Shown here: positions 10,012 through 19,311 of the stretch, one piece after another
Numbering within the stretch: position 1 is the first letter of the stretch
Layout: every line of letters starts with the position of its first letter
Assembly: GCA_947258705.1 (NCBI GenBank)
Contig: CAMYJA010000007.1
Location: 144,424 to 208,423 of the forward strand
Direction of reading: 5' to 3'
Length of the DNA stretch: 64,000 nt
Source: an uncultured Hyphomicrobiaceae bacterium
GTDB lineage: Bacteria > Pseudomonadota > Alphaproteobacteria > Rhizobiales > CAMYJA01
Position numbers and translations under genes: made by a program
The notes under the pieces: model-generated
What the model saw: the letters and a program-made list of their open reading frames with translations, nothing else
What the model was told of the DNA's origin: nothing
The model's database searches: none

Positions 10012-10458
10012 TTACCCCGCCATTTCGCTCATGGCCTTGGCCATTTCCTCGGGCGAGACATCGCGGACCTTGCTGGCCAGGCTCCAGTGATGGCCGAATT
10101 TGTCGGTAATCGAGCTCATGCGGTCGCCCCAGAACATGTCATCAGGCGCCATCGTTTCAGTCATGCCGGCCTTGACGGCCTTTGCATGGGCGCTATCGAT
10201 ATCATCGACATAGACATAAAAACTGGACCCGCCCTGACCGTTTTTGGGCGCTTGCATGCCCTCGTTTTCGTCGCACAGGAATAATTTCGATGAGCCGATT
10301 TGCAGGCAGGAGTGCATTATCTTGTCGCTCCCCGGCATCTGAATCCTGATCAGAAGCTCGGCGTCGAGGGCATCGGTGTAATGCTCAATCGCGGCGGCGG
10401 CGTCCGTGACGGCTATATAGGGCGTGATGGTGTGAAATCCTTCGGGAACAGATGACAT
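10012..10458 (-). CDS. VOC/glyoxalase-family protein (PhnB-like)
   Basis: It has the N-terminus ITPYIAVTDAAAAIEHYTDAL, the motif IMHSCLQIG, and C-terminal DKFGHHW, which is the typical PhnB-like glyoxalase fold. Confidence 0.85.
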   Translation of the reverse strand: MSSVPEGFHTITPYIAVTDAAAAIEHYTDALDAELLIRIQMPGSDKIMHSCLQIGSSKLFLCDENEGMQAPKNGQGGSSFYVYVDDIDSAHAKAVKAGMTETMAPDDMFWGDRMSSITDKFGHHWSLASKVRDVSPEEMAKAMSEMAG

Positions 10459-10587
10459 TCGGACCTCCGTATAAACGTTGTACGCTCCCCGCCGTCTGCC
10501 GCTATAAGATAATCGGTATCGCCAGCAGCCGCAATAGCGATACCGGGCAATTGCGAATGCACCGAGATTGAGGTCGGCCCCGGCAGT

Positions 10588-11799
10588 CTATTTCTTCTTC
10601 TCGTCACCACCGCGCGGCCTTCCGGCGTTGCTGATTTTTTTCTTGGCGGCAGATTTAGAAAAATGCTTTGCCAGGCCCTTGCAGGGGTCGGGCCGCTTTT
10701 TCGACGGCGTAAACCAGACATAATCCGCAACCGGAGTTCCGTCAGGGGCCTTTTGAATGTAGTCTCCGGGCTTTGCCGTTTCGGCATCGGCTTCGACAAT
10801 CATGAGAGAGGCCACGGTCGCACTCACGTCGCGCTCGCGGATGTACCACGGAACGCCGCGGTCCTTGCGCACATGGCCATTGCCCGCGATGAGCACGGCG
10901 CCCGTCCTGATGCCGCTATCGAGAAGTTGATCGGCCATGGTCGCATCGCGGTAGCGCTGAACATTTGCCATTGCCGGGAGCATTTTATCGGGCAGAAGAT
11001 TGCAATGGGACGATTTGATTTCATCGCGTAGATCGCTCTCGCGCTTCGGCCCCAGCGCCCGGTCCAGCACAAGAGCCTTCCGCCTGGGGGCGCCGAGCGC
11101 CGCAAAACCCTCACGGCTGACAATTCTTATGTCAGCTTTGGCCGGATCGCCCGCCTTGATCGGCAGACGCCGGGAGAAGGCCGCCAGGGCGATCGGCTGA
11201 TAATATTTCCAGGCGGGCCAGCCCGATTTCTCCCAGCCTATTTCGACGCCGAACTTTTCCGCTTGTTTCTTCGGACCCTCGCGCCGCAGCTTCGCTTGTT
11301 TGCGACGCCATTGCCTGAGCTTCTTTTTCCGCTTCGCCTCCTGATAGCCCAGGCGCCATGCCTCTTGGCGTTTCTCGCGGTTTCTGGCCAGAATACCGGC
11401 CTGGGTCAGGTTGATCATTTCCATGACGATGGCCGGGTGCCGGTCCTGATAGGCAATATTCCTTATCAGCCAGGCCTGGAGCCGGTGGTGATCGGGATTG
11501 TCATGCACTTCTCCCAGGAGAATGAAATCGAATCCCGCCAGTCTGCCGGCAAGCTCGAACGGCGTGAGAAAAGTCTGTTCACCGGCATCCCAGATTTTTC
11601 CGACAAGCGGATTTTTTTCATTTTTATGGGTTGTCCAGCTCTTCCAGGGCGGCTTCTTCCGCGCAGCGCCCAGGTCGGCGGTCTGGATCAGTGTAAATGC
11701 CAAACCGGCAATCAGCAGGGCGGACAGTCGTTGGAGCAATTTGAGGGCCTCGGATTTCAAAATTTGTAACGGCTTTTTGTCGGTTTCGAAGACTAACAC
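10588..11799 (-). CDS. ChaN-family (haem-binding uptake, Tiki superfamily) periplasmic protein
   Basis: The motif ILLGEVHDNPDHHRLQAWL and a later AGNGHVRKDRGVP are typical of the ChaN/Cofac_haem_bdg family. It has an N-terminal signal/anchor. A GTG start at 11799 is assumed. Confidence 0.7.
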   Translation of the reverse strand: MLVFETDKKPLQILKSEALKLLQRLSALLIAGLAFTLIQTADLGAARKKPPWKSWTTHKNEKNPLVGKIWDAGEQTFLTPFELAGRLAGFDFILLGEVHDNPDHHRLQAWLIRNIAYQDRHPAIVMEMINLTQAGILARNREKRQEAWRLGYQEAKRKKKLRQWRRKQAKLRREGPKKQAEKFGVEIGWEKSGWPAWKYYQPIALAAFSRRLPIKAGDPAKADIRIVSREGFAALGAPRRKALVLDRALGPKRESDLRDEIKSSHCNLLPDKMLPAMANVQRYRDATMADQLLDSGIRTGAVLIAGNGHVRKDRGVPWYIRERDVSATVASLMIVEADAETAKPGDYIQKAPDGTPVADYVWFTPSKKRPDPCKGLAKHFSKSAAKKKISNAGRPRGGDEKKK

Positions 11800-11854
11800 G
11801 GACAGAAGGGCTAAAGCGCGACAATATGATGAACTGGTTGAAATAATCGTGATG

Positions 11855-13057
11855 CTATTGCTTCGCGTCGCGCATCATCTGCGCGAAACGCTCGAACAAA
11901 TAATGACTGTCGCGCGGACCGGGCGAAGCCTCCGGGTGGTGCTGCACCGAAAAAACGGGCTTGTCCTTCAGACGCAATCCGCAATTCGTACCGTCAAAGA
12001 GCGAAACATGGGTTTCCTCGACATTGTCGGGAAGGCTGTCCCGGTCGACCGTGAAGCCGTGATTCATTGAGGTGACCTCGACCTTGCCGGTGGTATGATC
12101 CTTGACCGGGTGGTTGGCGCCATGATGACCCTGAGCCATTTTGCGGGTGCGGGCTCCAAGCGCCAGGGCGAGCAGCTGATGGCCCAAACAGATGCCGAAG
12201 ACGGGTATTCCGGTTTCGACAATCTTCCTGATTGCCGGTACGGCATATTCGCCCGTCGCCGCCGGATCGCCGGGACCGTTCGAGAGAAACACGCCATCGG
12301 GCTCGAGTCCCATGATTTCATCGGCGGTGGTCGCGGCCGGCACAATAGTAATATCGCAACCGACATCGGCAAGACAACGCAATATGTTGCGCTTGGCGCC
12401 GTAATCTATGGCGACGACTTTAAATTCGCTCTTGCCCCGAACGCCATAGCCCTCGCCCCAACGCCAGCTAGTCTCGTCCCATGCGTAATTCGCCTGGCAC
12501 GTGACCGCAGCCGCGAGATCGGCCCCTTCGATGCCGGACCATTCCCTTGCCTCGCGTTTGAGGTCATCGAGGTCGAATTCACCGGTCTCGTCATGGGCTA
12601 TGACGGCGTTCGGCATGCCGCTTTCGCGTATCAAGGCCGTCAGCGCCCTCGTGTCGACGCCGGAGATTGCAACTATGTTGCGTTCCTTGAGCCAGTTGTC
12701 GAGATGCGTCTCTGACCGGTAGTTCGAGGGCTGTGTCACGTCTGCGCGCAAAACGCATCCCCGGACCGCGAGCGCATTGGCCATGTTGGTGGTTTCCATA
12801 TCCTCTTCATTGGCGCCGACATTGCCGATATGGGGAAATGTGAAGGTGATGATCTGATCGGCGTAGGAGGGATCGGTAAGAATTTCCTGATAGCCGGTCA
12901 TGGCCGTATTGAAGCACAGCTCGCCGACCGCCCGGCCCGGGGCTCCGAGGCCGCGCCCCTCGATCACCGATCCATCGGCAAGAACAAGTCTGGCGGTTTT
13001 GGATTCCGTCCGCCATGGTTCGGGCCCGCGCGGTTCGTTAAGAAATTCGTCAGTCAT
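11855..13057 (-). CDS. carA: Carbamoyl-phosphate synthase small (glutaminase) subunit
   Basis: Similarity pattern runs the full length, and the catalytic GICLGHQL and HHPEASPGP motifs are present. Confidence 0.97.
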   Translation of the reverse strand: MTDEFLNEPRGPEPWRTESKTARLVLADGSVIEGRGLGAPGRAVGELCFNTAMTGYQEILTDPSYADQIITFTFPHIGNVGANEEDMETTNMANALAVRGCVLRADVTQPSNYRSETHLDNWLKERNIVAISGVDTRALTALIRESGMPNAVIAHDETGEFDLDDLKREAREWSGIEGADLAAAVTCQANYAWDETSWRWGEGYGVRGKSEFKVVAIDYGAKRNILRCLADVGCDITIVPAATTADEIMGLEPDGVFLSNGPGDPAATGEYAVPAIRKIVETGIPVFGICLGHQLLALALGARTRKMAQGHHGANHPVKDHTTGKVEVTSMNHGFTVDRDSLPDNVEETHVSLFDGTNCGLRLKDKPVFSVQHHPEASPGPRDSHYLFERFAQMMRDAKQ

Positions 13058-13260
13058 ATTTCTTGCGACTCGTTCATGATGATTTCGGCCGGCTGGACGT
13101 TATGAGAAGCGCCAGCCGAGGTCAACAGCCCCGGCCTGCTTTCCCCCGCTGCAAGGTAGCATTGATGCATGATAATTCATTATCAACCCTTGCGGGAAAC
13201 GGCCAAATCGCCCTAAATGAGAGCCCATTTGATTCGCTTTAGCTAAAGGAGTCGCGACGG

Positions 13261-13713
13261 ATGCGCGATCAATTTAACGAAGCCCTCAAGCAAGCAATGA
13301 AATCTCAAGACAAACGCCGCATATCCACCTTGCGGCTGATCCTGGCCGCGATCAAGGATCGCGACATCGCATCGCGCGGACAGGACAAGGAGGGCGTCGA
13401 TGACAGCGATATCATTGAAATTCTTTCACGCATGATCAAGCAAAGACGCGAATCCGTGACAACTTACGAGGAGGCCGGCCGTTTGGAACTGGCCCAGCAG
13501 GAACAGGAAGAGATCGACATTATCGCTTCATTCCTGCCGAAACAGCTTGAAGATGATGAGATCGAGGCCGCTGTGAAAGAAACATTGCAGGAGATCAACG
13601 CTTCGGGCCTCAAGGATATGGGCCGGGCCATGGGCGCGCTCAAGGAACGCTATGCCGGGCAAATGGATTTTTCCAAGGCCAGCGCCATCGTCAAGTCCAT
13701 CTTGTCCGAATAA
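13261..13713 (+). CDS. GatB/YqeY domain-containing protein
   Basis: It is 150 aa, begins MRDQFNEALKQAMKSQDKRRISTLRLILAAIKD, and ends ...DFSKASAIVKSILS, the classical YqeY pattern. Confidence 0.9.
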   Translation: MRDQFNEALKQAMKSQDKRRISTLRLILAAIKDRDIASRGQDKEGVDDSDIIEILSRMIKQRRESVTTYEEAGRLELAQQEQEEIDIIASFLPKQLEDDEIEAAVKETLQEINASGLKDMGRAMGALKERYAGQMDFSKASAIVKSILSE

Positions 13714-13774
13714 GAATTCTCCCTTATAGCTTCGTTCGTCTTGAATAGCGCGTATCTGTACTCCCTGTGAGCCC

Positions 13775-14326
13775 ATGCCCAGACCATTTCACGAATTGAA
13801 CGGAGAGGCGTTTCGGGAGCGGCTTGGCAATTTCGGCTGGACGCGCCGTATTTGGCGCGTCGATATGCACCATACCTGGTATCCCACACAGAGCGATTAT
13901 TGCGGCTGTGACACCATCGACAAGATGTACCGGTTTCACGTTGAGGACCGCGGCTGGGACGATATCGCCCAACATATTTCCATCGCGCCTGACGGCGCCT
14001 TGTGGACCGGCCGCGACTGGAACATGACACCCGCCAGCGTCGGGGGCGGGCTTAACAAGGGCGTGTTCATGTTCGAGACGATCGGCAATTTCGACGAAGG
14101 TTGCGAGGTGCTTGAAGGCGCCCAGCTTGCGAGCGTCATTCTGGTGATTGCAGAGGTTCAGGAATATTTCGCACTGCCACCGGAAGCGCTCCTTTTTCAT
14201 CGCGAGATTCCCCTCACGGACAAAACCTGTCCGGGGACATCGATCGACAAGGGCCGCATTCTCCAGATGGTCAGATCTTACCGGGATAATTCGCCCCGGG
14301 ACAAGTCGCCGCATCTGACCTCATGA
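13775..14326 (+). CDS. N-acetylmuramoyl-L-alanine amidase family protein (amidase_2/PGRP fold, AmpD-like, no signal peptide)
   Basis: It has Zn-ligand-type motifs: VDMHHTW, GWDDIAQHISIAPDG and HREIPLTDKTCPG. Confidence 0.8.
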   Translation: MPRPFHELNGEAFRERLGNFGWTRRIWRVDMHHTWYPTQSDYCGCDTIDKMYRFHVEDRGWDDIAQHISIAPDGALWTGRDWNMTPASVGGGLNKGVFMFETIGNFDEGCEVLEGAQLASVILVIAEVQEYFALPPEALLFHREIPLTDKTCPGTSIDKGRILQMVRSYRDNSPRDKSPHLTS

Positions 14327-14461
14327 GCGGGGGTTATCCAAATTTTATCAACATGAGTCGAATTCCTGTGGCGATTCGAAAATAGCTGAACGGAGGATGG
14401 CGCGAATCATTTAGTGTTCACGAATCAGTTTAATCCTTTACAGAAAAACTGTTTTAAGAGC

Positions 14462-16333
14462 ATGCGCTTCAATTCTTCATTTCTTGACGAAATCCGCAGC
14501 CGTCTGCCCGTCAGTCAGGTTGTTGCACAGCGCGTCAAGCTCAAACGGCAGGGGCGCGAGTTTACCGGCCTCTCGCCTTTCAAGGATGAAAAAACACCAT
14601 CCTTCACGGTGAATGATCAAAAAGCCTTTTATCATTGCTTTGCATCCGGCGAGCATGGCGACATTTTCACATTTCTTATGAAAACCGAGGGTCTGAGCTT
14701 TCCCGAGGCGGTCGAGAAACTGGCCGCGGAAGCCGGTCTCGAAATGCCCAGGCAGACTCCGCAGATGGTCGAGGAAGAGCGTTCGCGCGACCGGCTCATC
14801 GATTTGATGGAAACCGCGTGCCGGTATTTCGAAGAGGCATTGACCGGGGAAGGCGGAAAGATTGCCGCGCGCTATATCAAGGGTCGCGGGCTCAGCTCCG
14901 CCACGGTTTCGGCCTTCAGGCTGGGATACGCGCCAAACAGCAAGACCGCGCTGAAATCTTTTCTGAAGGACAAGGGATACACCGAGGACGAGATGGCCCG
15001 GTCAGGCATGGTCATCCATGGCGACGATATTCCGGTGCCCTATGACCGCTTCCGGCACCGGGTGATATTTCCCATTCTCGATCTCAAAGGGCGTGTCATC
15101 GCCTTCGGCGGCCGCGCGCTTGACGACAATCAGCCCGCCAAATATCTCAATTCCCCCGAAACCGAGCTCTTTCACAAGGGTGCGCTTCTTTACAACGCAA
15201 AGCGGGCGCGGCAGGCGGCCTATGAGACGCAATCGCTTATCGCCGTCGAAGGCTATATGGACGTGATCGCGCTTTTTGAGGCCGGCATCGTTAATGTGGT
15301 TGCACCGCTCGGAACAGCACTGACGCCAAATCAGATCTCGGCCATGTGGCGCATGACCGACGAGCCGATCCTGTGCTTTGACGGTGACAGTGCGGGACAA
15401 AAAGCGGCGGCGCGCGCCGTGGACACGGTCCTGCCGCTGCTTCAGCCCGGGCGAAGCCTCAGATTCGCCTTCCTTCCGCCCGGTATGGATCCCGACGATC
15501 TGGTACGCGCGCAGGGTGCGGAGGCGTTCCATGCCGTCACAGGCGCAACCAAACCGCTCGTCGATATGCTTTGGCAGCGCGAATGGGACGCGGGGGACTG
15601 GTCGACGCCGGAACGGCGGGCCAGGCTTGAGCAAAATTTACGCGATAAAACGGCCGAAATTGCCGATAATTCGGTGAAATCAAGATATGATCAGGAAATC
15701 AGGGACCGCCTGTTTCATGCCTGGCGCAAGGGACCGAACAAAATCAGCGGCAATATGAGCCGCATCATGCAGACCTCGAGCCTCAAATCGAGTCCGCTTG
15801 CGGCGCGAAATGGCGCGCAGATGCCCGTGCGCGAGGCCCTGATATTGCAAACACTCCTCGTTCATCCCTGGCTTTTGGAGGATAATGCCGAGTTTCTGGC
15901 CACGATCCGCTTTGAAAACAGTACTGCCGAGACACTGATGGGGGCTCTTTTGGACTGTCTTGCCCTGCAAGTTCCTCTTGACAGACGTGCCATCCATGAT
16001 CATTTGAAAGGTCTGGATTTTGATGCCAATATTGCCACAATCGAAAATGCCATAACGCATAGAGGCGACGGGTTTACGGACCCGGATACCGAACGCGAGG
16101 AAGTCGAAAAAGGCTGGCGGCATATTCTTGAAATTCATATCAAGGGAACTGAATTAAAACGGGAGCTGAAAGCGTCAGAGAAGGACTTGGCCGAGGGAAG
16201 CGAACAGGCGCTCGAACGCGTGCGCAATATACAAAGCGAGCTTCACCGGTATGAATTTGATCAGAGCATGGAATCTGGTCAACGCAAGCAACTGGATCCC
16301 AGTGTGCATCGTATTTTAAACAGTCCTCGCTGA
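14462..16333 (+). CDS. dnaG: DNA primase
   Basis: It has a zinc-ribbon region (FYHCFASGEHGD), a TOPRIM region (AVEGYMDVIAL, CFDGDSAGQKAA), and lies upstream of rpoD. ATG 14462 (MRFNSSFLDEIR) is preferred over 14414. Confidence 0.95.
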   Translation: MRFNSSFLDEIRSRLPVSQVVAQRVKLKRQGREFTGLSPFKDEKTPSFTVNDQKAFYHCFASGEHGDIFTFLMKTEGLSFPEAVEKLAAEAGLEMPRQTPQMVEEERSRDRLIDLMETACRYFEEALTGEGGKIAARYIKGRGLSSATVSAFRLGYAPNSKTALKSFLKDKGYTEDEMARSGMVIHGDDIPVPYDRFRHRVIFPILDLKGRVIAFGGRALDDNQPAKYLNSPETELFHKGALLYNAKRARQAAYETQSLIAVEGYMDVIALFEAGIVNVVAPLGTALTPNQISAMWRMTDEPILCFDGDSAGQKAAARAVDTVLPLLQPGRSLRFAFLPPGMDPDDLVRAQGAEAFHAVTGATKPLVDMLWQREWDAGDWSTPERRARLEQNLRDKTAEIADNSVKSRYDQEIRDRLFHAWRKGPNKISGNMSRIMQTSSLKSSPLAARNGAQMPVREALILQTLLVHPWLLEDNAEFLATIRFENSTAETLMGALLDCLALQVPLDRRAIHDHLKGLDFDANIATIENAITHRGDGFTDPDTEREEVEKGWRHILEIHIKGTELKRELKASEKDLAEGSEQALERVRNIQSELHRYEFDQSMESGQRKQLDPSVHRILNSPR

Positions 16334-16724
16334 TATTCGATTTGGACAGTCTGGCCGCTTCGCAATATTGTGGTGCGGTCATGCTTTGAGCATGGAAATT
16401 TGCGGCTGACCGGTCCATATAAAGTGATAGCGTTTGAATTTCGGATTCCGACGATCCGGGGATTCAGGCGTTATTGAGTATTTGGGACATGGGGATGAGA
16501 CAGGGGATGATCTGGACGGACAGGCTTTTTTGCCAGGCGTTTGTACCGGCAAGGGTGCTCGGATGAGTTCCTGGCGCTGGAGCGATAAACGCGCCGGCCG
16601 CGCCGCTGTTCCTATCATTAGCAGAACCCGTGTCACAGGATAAGGCCGCAAGCCAGCCGGTGGGTTGCGCCGATTGCAGAACAAGGAGTGGAACGGACCT
16701 GATTTAGGCCGTTCTGAATTAAGT

Positions 16725-19130
16725 ATGGCAGTGAAAACAACGAAAACTGGAACCACCGCGAAAAAGCCCGCTGCGGCCAGGACGAAAGCGCCTGCGAAAA
16801 GAAAAACCGCCGCGAGCGCAAAGGCAGCCGGCAAGGCGCCTGCCAAACGTTCAACCGCTGCCAGGAAAACGGCTGCGAAGAAGCCTGCGGCGAAAATGGC
16901 CGCGGCAAAAAAACCAGCCACCAAAAAAACCGCCGCCAAAAAGTCGACCGCTAAAAAACCGGCCGCTAAAAAAGCCGTGAGCACCGACAAAACCTCAGAA
17001 GAAATCAATGAGGCGACCGAGGCTCAGGACAAGCCGATCATCGACATGTCCGACCGGAAGGTCAAACGCCTAATCAATGCCGCCAAAAAGAAGGGCTTTG
17101 TCACTTACGAGCAGCTGAATGAGCTTCTCCCGTCAGATGAGGTCAGCTCCGAGAAAATCGAAGATGTAATGTCAATGTTGTCTGATATGGGGATCAATGT
17201 CATCGAGGAAGAAGAACAAGAAGAGGGTTCGACCGAAGGCAAGGAGCTGACGGCCAAGAACGAGGTTGCAAAAACCGGGAAGCGTTCTGAACCGGGGGAC
17301 CGCACTGACGACCCCGTCCGCATGTATCTGCGTGAAATGGGCACTGTGGAATTGCTCTCACGCGAGGGTGAGATTGCCATCGCCAAACGGATCGAGGCCG
17401 GGCGGGAGGCGATGATCGCCGGACTTTGCGAAAGTCCGCTTACGTTCCAGGCCATCATCATCTGGCGCGAGGAACTTGAAGAAGGCAAGATTTTGCTGCG
17501 AGATATCATCGATCTCGAGGCCACCTATATTGGACCCGAGGGCAAGCCCGACGCAACGGCCAACATGGTCGGCGTGGGGGCAACCGAGGGTCAGGGATCG
17601 GGAGAAAACGGCGTCGCTGCTCAGGGGCAGACTACAAACGGTTCGGGTGCGCCCGCGGCCAATGGCGCTTCGGCACCGGCAACTGCGGCTCCCGGTCAGG
17701 CTGTCCAGGGCACGGCACCCGCCGCCGCTGCCCCGGGCACTGCACCAGACGGAGCGGCTCCGGGCACTGCACCAGACGGCGCCAAAACGGATGCCTCCGC
17801 CAATCCGGCCGCGTCCGAGAGCGATAGCGAAGATGGCGAGGATGATGACGAGCTTGAAAACAGCCTCTCTCTCGCCGCCATGGAGGCCGAACTCAAGCCG
17901 AAAGTCGTCGAGACTTTCGACATGATCGCTTCGGAATACAAAAAGCTCCGGCGTCTGCAGGATCAGCTTGTTGAGAAGCGCCTGAAAAGCGACGACCTTT
18001 CCAAGGCTCAGCATCGGCGATACGCAAAATTGCGCGACGAGATCGTTGCTGCCGTGAAAAGCCTGCAACTCAATACCAATCGTATCGAGGCGCTTATCGA
18101 ACAGCTCTACGCCATTAACAAAAAGCTGATCGGATATGAAGGGCGCCTGATGCGCCTGGGCGACTCATATGGTGTGTCGCGAATCGATTTCCTTGAAGAA
18201 TATCAAAGTCATGAGCTGGATCCCAACTGGCTGCGCCGGGTCTCGAAACTTAAGAAAAAAGGCTGGGCGGAATTTTCGAAGGCCGAGCGTCCGACAATCA
18301 ATGATATCCGCGCCGCCATTCATGATCTGGCGACAGAGACCGGTCTTGAAATCCAGGAATTCCGCCGCATCGTCCGGCACGTAAAAAAGGGCGAGCGGGA
18401 AGCCGCAATCGCCAAGAAGGAAATGGTGGAGGCCAACCTTCGCCTGGTGATTTCCATCGCCAAGAAATATACCAATCGCGGACTGCAATTCCTCGACCTT
18501 ATCCAGGAAGGCAATATCGGCCTGATGAAAGCGGTCGACAAATTCGAATATCGCCGTGGTTATAAATTTTCGACCTACGCCACATGGTGGATCCGCCAGG
18601 CGATCACCCGGTCGATTGCCGATCAGGCACGGACCATCCGAATACCGGTCCACATGATCGAGACCATCAACAAGATCGTGCGCACCTCGCGCCAGATGCT
18701 GCATGAGATCGGCCGCGAGCCGACACCCGAAGAGCTTTCGGAAAAGCTGGCCATGCCGCTTGAAAAGGTTCGCAAGGTGCTCAAAATCGCCAAAGAGCCA
18801 ATTTCTCTGGAGACACCGATCGGTGACGAAGAGGACAGCCATCTCGGCGATTTTATCGAGGACAAGAACGCCATTCTTCCGATCGACGTGGCAATCCAGT
18901 CAAATCTGCGCGAAACGACCACGCGGGTTCTGGCCTCGCTGACGCCGCGCGAGGAACGTGTTCTGCGCATGCGCTTCGGTATCGGCATGAATACCGATCA
19001 TACGCTTGAAGAGGTTGGACAGCAGTTTTCGGTAACGCGCGAGCGTATCCGGCAGATCGAGGCCAAGGCGCTGCGCAAGCTCAAGCATCCCTCACGTTCG
19101 CGCAAATTGCGGTCGTTCCTGGACAATTAG
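16725..19130 (+). CDS. rpoD: Primary RNA polymerase sigma factor sigma-70, with a Lys/Ala-rich N-terminal extension
   Basis: All sigma-70 regions are recognisable: region 1.1 ([24 protein letters not shown]), 1.2 ([11 protein letters not shown]), 2.4 ([12 protein letters not shown]) and 4.2 ([27 protein letters not shown]). The start is either ATG 16725 or, alternatively, ATG 17046. Confidence 0.97.
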   Translation: MAVKTTKTGTTAKKPAAARTKAPAKRKTAASAKAAGKAPAKRSTAARKTAAKKPAAKMAAAKKPATKKTAAKKSTAKKPAAKKAVSTDKTSEEINEATEAQDKPIIDMSDRKVKRLINAAKKKGFVTYEQLNELLPSDEVSSEKIEDVMSMLSDMGINVIEEEEQEEGSTEGKELTAKNEVAKTGKRSEPGDRTDDPVRMYLREMGTVELLSREGEIAIAKRIEAGREAMIAGLCESPLTFQAIIIWREELEEGKILLRDIIDLEATYIGPEGKPDATANMVGVGATEGQGSGENGVAAQGQTTNGSGAPAANGASAPATAAPGQAVQGTAPAAAAPGTAPDGAAPGTAPDGAKTDASANPAASESDSEDGEDDDELENSLSLAAMEAELKPKVVETFDMIASEYKKLRRLQDQLVEKRLKSDDLSKAQHRRYAKLRDEIVAAVKSLQLNTNRIEALIEQLYAINKKLIGYEGRLMRLGDSYGVSRIDFLEEYQSHELDPNWLRRVSKLKKKGWAEFSKAERPTINDIRAAIHDLATETGLEIQEFRRIVRHVKKGEREAAIAKKEMVEANLRLVISIAKKYTNRGLQFLDLIQEGNIGLMKAVDKFEYRRGYKFSTYATWWIRQAITRSIADQARTIRIPVHMIETINKIVRTSRQMLHEIGREPTPEELSEKLAMPLEKVRKVLKIAKEPISLETPIGDEEDSHLGDFIEDKNAILPIDVAIQSNLRETTTRVLASLTPREERVLRMRFGIGMNTDHTLEEVGQQFSVTRERIRQIEAKALRKLKHPSRSRKLRSFLDN
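16755..16979 (+). repeat. Coding low-complexity repeat that encodes [14 protein letters not shown] units within the rpoD 5' region
   Basis: The translation is [75 protein letters not shown]. At DNA level the region is reiterated gcc/gcg/aaa/aag/ccg codons. Confidence 0.85.
17733..17779 (+). repeat. Tandem duplication (27-bp period) inside the non-conserved region of rpoD
   Basis: The 20-mer ccgggcactgcaccagacgg occurs at 17733-17752 and again at 17760-17779. The two copies encode [17 protein letters not shown]. Confidence 0.9.
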
Positions 19131-19311
19131 GGTCGTCGGAGCTTTTACCCGCACGAAAGCCCTCAAGTCTTAATGCGCAAGCCGCAGGTTTGGCGCCAGT
19201 GCTTTCTCGCGCTCATCCACCCGACCGTAGTGCTATTCGGGCCTTCCAGTTTAAGTGATTGTAAATTTTTCTCTTCTACAACTTTTTAGTGCGTAGGGAA
19301 ATATCAGTTTC

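Noticed and set aside
16379-17008. 209-aa ORF on the minus strand encoding [10 protein letters not shown]-type hydrophobic repeats, which superficially resembles a membrane protein
   Set aside because: It is the antisense reading of the GCC/AAA-rich AKKPAA repeat of rpoD, and the hydrophobic repeat is a mirror artefact of that repeat.
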